A stretch of DNA of 64,000 nt from Patescibacteria group bacterium (GTDB taxonomy: Bacteria; Patescibacteriota; Patescibacteriia; SG8-24; DYFX01), in the NCBI GenBank assembly GCA_041659045.1, contig JBAZZB010000002.1, positions 21,427 to 85,426 of the forward strand. The letters are read 5' to 3'. The stretch's first letter is position 1, and the number at the start of each line of letters is the position of its first letter. A model generated the notes under the pieces. It saw only the letters and a list, made by a program, of their open reading frames with translations, was not told the DNA's origin and did no database searches. This document shows positions 1-9,626 of this stretch, piece after piece. Both the position numbers and the translations under genes were made by a program.

Positions 1-918
1 CTCCGACAGCCACTTCTCGAAGAGCGCCATCAGGAACCGCTCCACCGTCTGCGGCCCGCGATTGCGGGCGATCAGGAAGAGCAAGGCGTTGCCCGTGATC
101 CGCATGCGGTGATCATCGCTCCGGATCGCCGAGAGATCGATGAGGTCGTAGGCGACACGCTCCGGCTTCAGGAACTTGGGCTGGAGCGCGGAATGGTTCT
201 TGTCGGCGCCGCAGCCGATCACGGTGAAGCGACTGTAGGTCTGCTCGACACGGGCGAGCGAATCGCGCCAATCGCGACGATCAGGACAGCCGTTGTCGCC
301 GCGCATCCCCATCCCGTGCGCGACCACGTCGGTCACGAGATAGAGCGAGCGCTGCGCCTTGGGCACGTGAGCGAAGTCGATGTCGCAGGCGCGCCAGAGC
401 GCGCACTCGATCGCTTCGGGAGCGTCGCCGCCATCGGCGCCACGCACGTGACGGAGCGTCGAGAGCATCGTCTTGTCACCCGCCTCGTTCGGCTGGATGA
501 AGTCGATCTCCTGCATGATGTCGGCGCCGTCGCTGTGGTCACTGAAGTAGACCCAGGCCGCCTCGGACGCGGCATCGATACCACGGAGCATCGGAAGCAG
601 GTAGCCGGAGCTTGCCCGCAGATGGCTCGCGATCGCCTCGTTGGACCCAGAGTTGTCGACCAGAATGATGTGGACGCTCTGCGCCGCCGTCGATGGCTTG
701 GTGATCACGTTCTTCACGGCGGCAGGATCGTAGACCTGGCGCTCGTCGCGCGCGACCGGCTTCGCGATGTGGCCGGCGCCGATGTCGCTGCGGGCGCTCG
801 CGATTCGAGCGCGGCGGGACTCCTCGGCGCGTCGACGTGCCTCGGGGTCGTCGGTCGACAGGCTTCTGAGCGCGCCACCGTACCGAGCATCGTTGTCTCT
901 ATAGCTGCTGCTACTCAA
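1..918 (-). CDS. von Willebrand factor A (vWA) domain protein, 3' part beyond window edge; TTG start
   Basis: Minus-strand frame open from TTG at 916-918 to the window start (~305 codons, no stop). A perfect RBS GAGGAGG sits 5 nt upstream. It contains the MIDAS motif HIILVDNSGSNEAIA (DxSxS) and reads protein-like throughout (…IGCGADKNHSALQPKFLKPERVAYDLIDL…). It is absent from the ORF track because it has no stop in the window. Confidence 0.7.
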   Translation of the reverse strand, partial: MSSSSYRDNDARYGGALRSLSTDDPEARRRAEESRRARIASARSDIGAGHIAKPVARDERQVYDPAAVKNVITKPSTAAQSVHIILVDNSGSNEAIASHLRASSGYLLPMLRGIDAASEAAWVYFSDHSDGADIMQEIDFIQPNEAGDKTMLSTLRHVRGADGGDAPEAIECALWRACDIDFAHVPKAQRSLYLVTDVVAHGMGMRGDNGCPDRRDWRDSLARVEQTYSRFTVIGCGADKNHSALQPKFLKPERVAYDLIDLSAIRSDDHRMRITGNALLFLIARNRGPQTVERFLMALFEKWLSE

Positions 919-1026
919 GGTAGCCTCCTCATTGGTGAGAGTCGTTCCTCTTCCAAGTTCTCGACCGACGCGGTCGAGGCCTGGGATAAAGAGCGGAACG
1001 CAGGGCGTTCCGCAACGGAGAAAGGG

Positions 1027-2265
1027 CTAGAAGCGCTGGCGATCGGTCGGGACCGGCGCGCCGTCGCGCAGGGCGCGTCCCGAGGCGGCGGTCGCGCGGA
1101 CGCCGTTGCCACTGGCGAGCTTGCTCCAGGGCAAGGTCGTGCCGAGCTGCTGCAGCGCCGTGATGTACATCGGCAGCTGCAGGGAGTCGACGTCGGGGAG
1201 CTTCATCACCGACAGCACGTACTGCGTGATGGCGCGTTCGCCACGCACGATGTCGCCGCCGACGCCGATGCGGAGCTTCCGGAGCATCTCCTCGCGCGTC
1301 CCGGCACCGACGGCCGAGACCAGCTCGGGATTCTCGAGCAGCTGCCGCAACTGGACGGCATCGGCCGCCAGCGCGCGCGCCACCGGGATACCCGGACCAG
1401 CGAAGATCTTGTTGAGCGCGTCGATGACCGAGCGGGCAGCATCGACGGTCGGCTGCGTGTCCGGAGCATCGTTGATGCCGGCGAGCGGCGTGGCCGCGTT
1501 GCCGTTCGCCATCGTCGCGAACATGCCGATCAGGAGCGCGGGGTTGTTCATCTTGGCCTGCCAGCTGGCGAACCAGCTGTCGATGCCCTGCTGGAACGCC
1601 GAGAGCGTGCCCCAGAGCCCCTTCATGCGCTCGACGAAGGCCGTCTTGCGCGTACCGCTGGCGAAGGTGCCGGGGACGCCGAGCGCCTTGAGCACCTCAC
1701 CGTGCGCCTTGCGGCCGATCTGCTTCTGGAGCGTGTAGTAGATCTCGGGGCAGGGCTCGTCGATCGACAGCGACCGCTGCTCGATCATCCCCAGGATCTC
1801 GTTGTCGATGTCGAAGACGCCGATCTCGCTGGCGAAGAGCACGCGGATCGCCGACATGACGTCCTGCGGCTCCATCTTGGCGACGCCGCCGATCTGGAGC
1901 ATCGCCAGGAAGTCGTCGTCGCTCGGAACCTGCGGCAGGAGCGAGGTGAACGAGGCGTTCGTGGCGGACGGACTGCTGCTGACCTGGGTGGCCGGCGGCG
2001 GAGCGGCCGCAGCGCGGAACTCCTTGACGGCGCGCTTGACCTTGGCCTTGGGCACATCGGAGAAAGCGGCCACGAGATCATCGTCGCTGGCGCAGTCCGG
2101 ATCGGCGAGCGTGGCGACGTTGTCGTCGCTCGGATCGCCGATGAGCGCCTTGAGCTTCTCGTTGACGACGTCGAGCGTCAGGCCGAGCGTCTTGGCGAAG
2201 GCGCCGACGCGCTCGGTCCAGAGCTTCGTCTCGGGCAGAATCGGGGTTTCCGTGGAGGTGGTCAT
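1027..2265 (-). CDS. hypothetical protein (412 aa), directly upstream of the vWA gene
   Basis: ORF 1027..2373. The internal ATG at 2263-2265 is preceded by AAAGAGG plus a 6-nt spacer. Protein starts MTTSTETPILPETKLW… and has non-shadow composition; no family recognised. Confidence 0.6.
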   Translation of the reverse strand: MTTSTETPILPETKLWTERVGAFAKTLGLTLDVVNEKLKALIGDPSDDNVATLADPDCASDDDLVAAFSDVPKAKVKRAVKEFRAAAAPPPATQVSSSPSATNASFTSLLPQVPSDDDFLAMLQIGGVAKMEPQDVMSAIRVLFASEIGVFDIDNEILGMIEQRSLSIDEPCPEIYYTLQKQIGRKAHGEVLKALGVPGTFASGTRKTAFVERMKGLWGTLSAFQQGIDSWFASWQAKMNNPALLIGMFATMANGNAATPLAGINDAPDTQPTVDAARSVIDALNKIFAGPGIPVARALAADAVQLRQLLENPELVSAVGAGTREEMLRKLRIGVGGDIVRGERAITQYVLSVMKLPDVDSLQLPMYITALQQLGTTLPWSKLASGNGVRATAASGRALRDGAPVPTDRQRF

Positions 2266-2617
2266 TCGTTGCCTCTTTGAAGGTGCGTATCGTGTGGATT
2301 GGGTGGGTGTTCGGACGGGCAAGCCACACCTTGTCCGACGCCAGAAGGTAGCAAGTTTCTGCTGGGTTGTCAATGAAAACCCCCTGCTCAGAAAGCTTGC
2401 CTGGCGTCTTTCCCCATGATAAGGTCAAAACAGCTCAACATTATCCGCCCGATCCTCTCTGAACCGGTTGAGTACGAACGTTGCGCCCCACCTATGAGAT
2501 TTTGGTCCGCCTTTCCGGTTGAAACGTCAGAACCAGCGCGCCACGCCAGGAAAGCGTAAGCTTTCCGTTTTTTCGTACACACAACACATCGGTCCAGCGA
2601 GGCTGGCTTACCTTATT

Positions 2618-4147
2618 ATGCCCGCCAACGTTGCGTTATTCGCCTTCGCCGCGCTCGCGTTCGGCCTCGGCGCCGGCTACTTCATCCAGAAGAAGCTCTC
2701 GGCCGACAAGATCGCATCCGCCAACGCCCGCGCCGAAGACACCATCAATCAAGCCAGAGCCAAAGCCCAGGAACTCGAACTCCAGGCCAAGAAGAAGTCC
2801 GTTCAGATGCTCGATGAGGCCAAGCGCGACGAAGCCGAACGCCGCCGCGAACTCACCTCGTTCCAGCAGCGCCTCGAGAAGCGCGAATCTTTGTTCGACA
2901 AACAACTCCTCGAACTCCAAGAGAAAAGCAAGAAGAGTGATGACCGCGCCAAAGAGCTCGAAGCGGCCAAGCTCGACATCGATCAGTTGAAAACTTCGAT
3001 CCGCGACCGTCTCGAGAAAGTCGCTGAACTCCCCCGCGAAGCCGCCAAGGAACAGCTCTTCAAGGCGATCGAAGAGGAAGCTCAAGACGAAATCCTCTCT
3101 CGCATCCGCAAGATTGAACGCGCCGGCACCGAAGAGTACGAAGTCAAAGCGCGCAACATTCTTTCGACCGTGATCTCGCGCGTTGCCTCTTCGCACTGCG
3201 CCGAAACGACCACGACCCAAGTCCAGCTTCCGAGCGACGACATGAAGGGTCGCATCATCGGCAAGGAAGGCCGCAACATCAAGTCGCTTGAAACTTTGAC
3301 CGGCACCGAAATCATCGTCGACGACACGCCGAACATCATCACCGTTTCCGGCTTCTCCCCCATCCGCCGCCAAGTCGCGCGCCTCGCTCTCGAGTCGCTC
3401 ATCAAGGACGGGCGCATCCAGCCGACGAAAATTGAAGAAGCGATTGAGGAAGCAAAACGCACGCTCGCGCTCGACATCAAGAAAGCCGGAGAAGACGCCA
3501 TGATCGAATGCGGCATTCCGCTCGGTTCCGTCGATCCGAAACTGATCTCGATTCTTGGTCGTTTGAAATACCGCACCTCCTACGGACAAAACGTCCTGCG
3601 CCACTCGATTGAAGTCGCCTTGATCGGCAACTACCTCGGCAAGGAACTCGGCGCCAACGCAGCCGAACTCCTGAAGGGCGGTCTCTTCCACGACATCGGC
3701 AAGGCTGTTGATCATGACGTCCCCGGTGCCCACCCTGAGATTGGCTACAACATCATGAAGAAGTTCGGCTTCCCAGAAGAAGTCGCCTATCACTCGCTCT
3801 CGCACCACGAAGACAAGCCGCGCAACGTCGAAGGCTACATCTGCAAAGCCGCTGACGCGATCTCGGGTTCTCGCCCGGGTGCCCGCAAGGACACGCTTGA
3901 GAACTACGTCCGTCGCCTCGAAGACCTCGAGAAGGTCGCAACCTCCTTCCCCGCCGTCGAGCACGCCTACGCCATTCAGGCCGGACGCGAAATGCGCGTC
4001 TTCGTCTCACCTCAGAAGATCGACGACTTGGGCGCCTGGCAGCTTGCCAAAGACATCGCCAAGAAATGCGAGCAAGAGCTCCAGTATCCTGGCGAAATCA
4101 AGATCAACGTCATCCGCGAAATGCGGGCGATTGAATACGCACGTTGA
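2618..4147 (+). CDS. rny: ribonuclease Y
   Basis: N-terminal TM (ALFAFAALAFGLGAGYFI), coiled coil, KH domain (GRIIGKEGRNIKSLETLTG) and HD domain (LFHDIGKAVDHD…HH). ATG at 2618 is in frame inside ORF 2519..4147, so an alternative upstream start at 2519 is possible. Confidence 0.9.
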   Translation: MPANVALFAFAALAFGLGAGYFIQKKLSADKIASANARAEDTINQARAKAQELELQAKKKSVQMLDEAKRDEAERRRELTSFQQRLEKRESLFDKQLLELQEKSKKSDDRAKELEAAKLDIDQLKTSIRDRLEKVAELPREAAKEQLFKAIEEEAQDEILSRIRKIERAGTEEYEVKARNILSTVISRVASSHCAETTTTQVQLPSDDMKGRIIGKEGRNIKSLETLTGTEIIVDDTPNIITVSGFSPIRRQVARLALESLIKDGRIQPTKIEEAIEEAKRTLALDIKKAGEDAMIECGIPLGSVDPKLISILGRLKYRTSYGQNVLRHSIEVALIGNYLGKELGANAAELLKGGLFHDIGKAVDHDVPGAHPEIGYNIMKKFGFPEEVAYHSLSHHEDKPRNVEGYICKAADAISGSRPGARKDTLENYVRRLEDLEKVATSFPAVEHAYAIQAGREMRVFVSPQKIDDLGAWQLAKDIAKKCEQELQYPGEIKINVIREMRAIEYAR

Positions 4148-4947
4148 TGCTCACCGTACTTATTTTCGGAGACGTCGTCGGCAAGATCGGACGCACAGCG
4201 CTTCTCAAGGCGCTTCCGGAATTGAAGGCGACGTATCATCCGGACCTCACGATCGTCAACGGCGAGAACCTGGCACACGGGAAAGGCGTCACGCATCCGA
4301 TTGTCTCGGAACTCAAAAAAGGCGGTGTCGACTTCTTCACCTCGGGCAATCACATCTTCGCCAACCCGAAAGGCGTGCATGAAATCTGGGCCGACCCCGA
4401 ACTCAAGGATCTCCTGATCCGTCCTGCCAACTTTCCGGAAGGCACGGCCGGTGAGGGAGAGAAAATTCTTGATGTTGCCGGTAAAAAAGTACTGGTGGTA
4501 AACTTGATCTGCCAGGTCTTCATGAAAGAGCCATACGGCAACGCCTTCGACGCGATGGAAGCAATTCTTGAACGGCATAAGGATAAAAAGCTCGACGCGA
4601 TTCTCGTCGACCTCCACGGGGAGGCCAGCTCGGAACGCATCGCTTTCGGCTTCCACTTCGATGGCCGCGTCTCGTCGATCACGGGAACGCACACGCACGT
4701 GCCGACAGCTGACGCCCGCATCCTCCCCAAGAAGACGGCTTATCTCACCGACATCGGCATGACCGGCGCACGACTCTCCGTTCTCGGCGTCAAACCCGAA
4801 GGTCCGATCAGTCGGTTTATCCCCGGCGAAGCGATCCCCTTCGAAATCCCTGAGACGGGCGAGGTCGACTTGAACGCCGTGCTTCTCACGATCAACGGCG
4901 ATGGCACTGCCGCGAGCATTCTACAAATTCAAAAGATCATCGAGTAA
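4144..4947 (+). CDS. ymdB: YmdB-family metallophosphoesterase (2',3'-cyclic-nucleotide phosphodiesterase)
   Basis: MMLTVLIFGDVVGKIGR…TSGNH…DLHGE…GTHTHV metallophosphoesterase motifs. Overlaps the rny stop by 4 nt, preserving the conserved rny-ymdB synteny. Confidence 0.85.
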   Translation: MMLTVLIFGDVVGKIGRTALLKALPELKATYHPDLTIVNGENLAHGKGVTHPIVSELKKGGVDFFTSGNHIFANPKGVHEIWADPELKDLLIRPANFPEGTAGEGEKILDVAGKKVLVVNLICQVFMKEPYGNAFDAMEAILERHKDKKLDAILVDLHGEASSERIAFGFHFDGRVSSITGTHTHVPTADARILPKKTAYLTDIGMTGARLSVLGVKPEGPISRFIPGEAIPFEIPETGEVDLNAVLLTINGDGTAASILQIQKIIE

Positions 4948-4953
4948 CAACAT

Positions 4954-5238
4954 ATGAACAAGGCCGAATTGGCGCTGAAGCTCACCGAGAGGATCGACTT
5001 GCCGAAAAAGCGCGCCGAAGAAATCATCGAGACGCTTGCCGACATTGTGATTCAAGAGCTGAAAAAAGGAGGAGAGGTCACGGTCGCCGGATTCGGAGCC
5101 TTCTCCGCCCGCACCCGCGCCTCACGCATGGGCGTGAATCCCCAAAAGCCGACCGAACGCATCACCATCCCAGAAGTCCGCGTGCCGAAATTCAAAGCCG
5201 GAAAGACACTGAAGGATTCGCTGAAAGGAAAAGCGTAA
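4954..5238 (+). CDS. hup: DNA-binding protein HU
   Basis: MNKAELALKL…RTRASRMGVNPQKPTERITIPEVRVPKFKAGKTLKD is a typical HU/IHF fold, 94 aa. Confidence 0.9.
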   Translation: MNKAELALKLTERIDLPKKRAEEIIETLADIVIQELKKGGEVTVAGFGAFSARTRASRMGVNPQKPTERITIPEVRVPKFKAGKTLKDSLKGKA

Positions 5239-5246
5239 AAGAAAAG

Positions 5247-5278
5247 ACCCTCCGACGAGTTCGGAGGGTTTGTCGTTT
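5247..5278. terminator. bidirectional rho-independent terminator (hup / convergent small ORF)
   Basis: Hairpin ACCCTCCGAC-GAGT-TCGGAGGGT followed by TTTGTCGTTT; the complementary strand also ends in a T-run. Confidence 0.7.
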
Positions 5279-5583
5279 CACTTGTTCTGATCTTGCTCTT
5301 GCCGAGCGCGCTGTGCCTCGACGAGCGTGCGCCAACGTTCGGTGTTGCGCTTGCGACGCGCCTGCGTCACACGCCTACGAGCCTCGCGTTCCTCGTCGGT
5401 GACGCGCGCGAGGCGATCGAGCACCTTGAGAAAACAGAACATCGTCAGACTCATCATACCGAAACAGACGGACCAGCCCTGGCTGACGTGCGTCCACATC
5501 AACTCGAAGATGATGGCGAGGGTCAGAAGAAAGAGCGCGGGACGCGCCCAACCCGTGAAAAGCCAAACGGCGAATCTCTGCAC
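5278..5583 (-). CDS. small basic membrane protein (hypothetical)
   Basis: ORF 5278..5625. A hydrophobic stretch (FAVWLFTGWARPALFLLTLAIIFELMW) precedes an R/K-rich tail. The stop sits immediately before the terminator hairpin. The start is uncertain (GTG ~5583 or ATG ~5499) and the ORF-track start overlaps the proS 3' end. Confidence 0.35.
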   Translation of the reverse strand: MQRFAVWLFTGWARPALFLLTLAIIFELMWTHVSQGWSVCFGMMSLTMFCFLKVLDRLARVTDEEREARRRVTQARRKRNTERWRTLVEAQRARQEQDQNK

Positions 5584-5609
5584 GGTAAGCCTCCTTCGAA
5601 CAGTTGGGG

Positions 5610-6878
5610 TTACGCCTTCCGCCACTCCATCACAAGAGCGGTCAAACGATCAAGAGGGACGGATTCAGCTTCCGCTTTGGAGCGCTCCTTCCACTCGACA
5701 GCGTTGGCTGCAAGCGTTTTTTCGGAAACGACAAGGCGGAGCGGGACACCGATCAAATCGGCATCGGCGAATTTTTCGCCAGCGCCCTTGTCACGATCAT
5801 CAACCAGCACTTCGACGCGCTGCGCAGAAAGTTCCCGTTCGATTGCAGAAACGGCGGCGTCGATCAGTTTTTGAGTTTCCTCGTCCTTCGACTTGAGCGC
5901 GACGACATGCACGTCGAACGGCGCGACGCTCTTGGGCCACACGATGCCTTTGGCGTCGTTGTAGGCTTCGACGATCGCGCCAACGAGACGCGAGGTGCCA
6001 ATGCCGTAGCAACCCATGAGAACGCGCTGCTGTTTACCCTCGGCGTCCATGAAATTGAAGTCGAACGCGTCGGTGTACTTGGTGCCGAGGTCGAAAATGT
6101 TGCCAACCTCGATCCCCTTCATCTTCTTCAACGTGCCGCCGCATGACGGGCAAGCATCGCCTTCTTTCAATGTGGCGATCTCGCTGTTCTGTCCGAACGA
6201 ACACTTTTCACAAGCGATGATGACGTCTTCGCCGGATTCCGTCAGTGCCTGAAACTCGTGCGAAACTTTGCTGGTAAAAATGCCGCCCGAAGCCTGCACG
6301 ACTTTGACGTCGAGGCCGCAACGCTTGAAGACTTTCACATATGCTTCGAGTGCCGTGGCATAGAACGCTTCCAAGTCTGCCTGGTTCGTATGGAAGCTGT
6401 ACATGTCCTTCATGCGGAACTCGCGACCACGGAGAACGCCCGACTTGGCGCGCAGTTCGTCACGGAACTTGGTGTTGATCTGGTAGACGGCAAACGGCAG
6501 CTCCTTGTAGGAGCGCGTGAATTTCTGTGCGAGAGGCGTCACAACTTCTTCGTGCGTGCACCCGAGTGCGTATTCCTTTTCCGTTTGTGATTTCAATTTG
6601 AAAAGCACGTCGACGCCTTCCCAGCGCTTGGTCGCCAACCAGTATTCCTTCGGCTGGAGCGACGGCATGAAAATCTCCTGAGCACCCAGGACGTTCATTT
6701 CCTCGCGCACGATCTGTTCAACCTTGCGCAGCACCGAGAGGCCGAGCGGCAGCCACGAATAGACGCCGGCCATGACGTGCTCGACGAAACCGCCCTGCTC
6801 TAGCAAGCGGGCGTTCGGGGAATCAGCGTCCGAAGGGGAATTTTTGGAGGTCTTTCCGAAGAGTTGGGAGTATCGCAT
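5610..6878 (-). CDS. proS: prolyl-tRNA synthetase, short (archaeal/eukaryotic-type) form
   Basis: MRYSQLFGKT…class II motifs (FRDELR…GREFRMKDMYSFH…GCYGIGTSR) and a C-terminal anticodon-binding domain; 422 aa. Confidence 0.9.
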   Translation of the reverse strand: MRYSQLFGKTSKNSPSDADSPNARLLEQGGFVEHVMAGVYSWLPLGLSVLRKVEQIVREEMNVLGAQEIFMPSLQPKEYWLATKRWEGVDVLFKLKSQTEKEYALGCTHEEVVTPLAQKFTRSYKELPFAVYQINTKFRDELRAKSGVLRGREFRMKDMYSFHTNQADLEAFYATALEAYVKVFKRCGLDVKVVQASGGIFTSKVSHEFQALTESGEDVIIACEKCSFGQNSEIATLKEGDACPSCGGTLKKMKGIEVGNIFDLGTKYTDAFDFNFMDAEGKQQRVLMGCYGIGTSRLVGAIVEAYNDAKGIVWPKSVAPFDVHVVALKSKDEETQKLIDAAVSAIERELSAQRVEVLVDDRDKGAGEKFADADLIGVPLRLVVSEKTLAANAVEWKERSKAEAESVPLDRLTALVMEWRKA

Positions 6879-6956
6879 ATCAGGCTCAGCTTAGCGATCG
6901 AACCGCGCGTGGTCAAGCTAAAAGAAAACGCCTCGACCGGAGTCGAGGCGCTCTCC

Positions 6957-8765
<1,809 letters not shown>

Positions 8766-8804
8766 AAAAAATAACCGACAAAGTCGGAGTTCAATCGTGG
8801 GCTG

Positions 8805-8833
8805 AGCCTACCCCTTTTTATTAGGACTGTCAA
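8805..8833 (-). promoter_or_regulatory. sigma70-like promoter upstream of typA
   Basis: On the minus strand: TTGACA, 17-nt spacer, TAGGCT, about 40 nt upstream of the typA ATG and just downstream of the dut terminator. Confidence 0.4.
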
Positions 8834-8858
8834 GAAAAAAACCCCGCATGGGCGGGGC
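8834..8858 (-). terminator. rho-independent terminator after dut
   Basis: Minus-strand hairpin CCCCGCCCATGCGGGG followed by TTTTTTT. Confidence 0.6.
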
Positions 8859-8871
8859 GGGCCAGAAAGGG

Positions 8872-9345
8872 TCACTTTCCGGTCGAGCCGTATCGGGCAG
8901 CACCACGAGCGGTCTCGGGGAGAGACTCAACTTCGAGGGTTTCCGGAACGATGAGGCGATAGAGGACAAGCTGGACCAACGACTCCCCCGCTGGAATGAT
9001 GATCTTCTTGCGACCACGGTTACGGAAACGCGGTCCAAGCGGCCCGGTGTACCCGTTATCGATCGGAGCCGAGCAAAGCTCGAGGGTCGGATACCGCTGG
9101 TAGAAACTGCTGCGCGGCTCGATACGCGCAAAGCAACCCTTCGGCAACTTTACGCGGAGACCGGTCGGCATATCGACGGGTGGACGCAGTCCTGGCAGAA
9201 CGACCGTCTCTTCGATGCTATAGAGGTTGAACCCGGCATCTCCGAGTTTCGAGGGGCGGAACTCCTCCTGGAGCTTCTTGGAGCGGGGGTCGCGTACGAT
9301 CTGGAGAACGTCCTCCAGACCCGAAAACGTCTCGGATGGGGACAT
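8872..9345 (-). CDS. dut: dUTP diphosphatase (dUTPase/dCTP-deaminase fold)
   Basis: 157 aa with GFNLYS…RIEPRSSF…IDNGYTGPLG, matching the dUTPase motif pattern. Confidence 0.75.
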   Translation of the reverse strand: MSPSETFSGLEDVLQIVRDPRSKKLQEEFRPSKLGDAGFNLYSIEETVVLPGLRPPVDMPTGLRVKLPKGCFARIEPRSSFYQRYPTLELCSAPIDNGYTGPLGPRFRNRGRKKIIIPAGESLVQLVLYRLIVPETLEVESLPETARGAARYGSTGK

Positions 9346-9408
9346 GCTCGCCTCCTATGGAATGAGCCTGATGAACGTAGCACAGATGCCAAAGAAAGTT
9401 ATTCACAC

Positions 9409-9440
9409 AACAAAAAAACTCCACATGCGTGGAGATTTTT
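9409..9440 (-). terminator. terminator downstream of tRNA-Lys
   Basis: Minus-strand hairpin CTCCACGCATGTGGAG followed by TTTTTTTG. The same hairpin family recurs at 23340..23372. Confidence 0.5.
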
Positions 9441-9516
9441 TGGTGCGTCGGCTGGGGGTCGAACCCAGGACCTTAGGCTTAAGAGGCCTCTGCTCTACCG
9501 GCTGAGCTACCGACGC
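9441..9516 (-). tRNA. tRNA-Lys (anticodon CTT), CCA encoded
   Basis: The reverse complement folds as a cloverleaf: acceptor GCGTCGG/CCGACGC, D-arm GCTCAGCCGGTAGAGC, anticodon loop CTCTTAA (U33, CTT, A37), T-arm CTGGGTTCGACCCCCAG, then ACCA. Confidence 0.8.
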
Positions 9517-9626
9517 CCGGTCTTTTCTACAGACAGGACGATACAGGAAAGCGGAAAAACTATCAAGAGCAAATCGATTGGACGAGAGGGATTCGAAACG
9601 CTTCGAACCCCTCTCGCTCCTCTTGC

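Noticed and set aside
109-2280. 723-aa plus-strand ORF
   Set aside because: R/D/A/G/L-rich shadow composition. Two RBS-initiated minus-strand genes (vWA and the 412-aa hypothetical) cover the same DNA. It is an antisense shadow typical of high-GC sequence.
2281-2617. SRP RNA / 6S RNA / RNase P RNA in the long rny leader
   Set aside because: Conserved motifs (the SRP domain IV GGAA…AGCAGC, the RNase P AGGAAAGUCCGGGCUCC) are absent. Only a terminator-like hairpin is evident, kept as a low-interest finding.
2636-3964. 442-aa minus-strand ORF
   Set aside because: Antisense shadow of rny.
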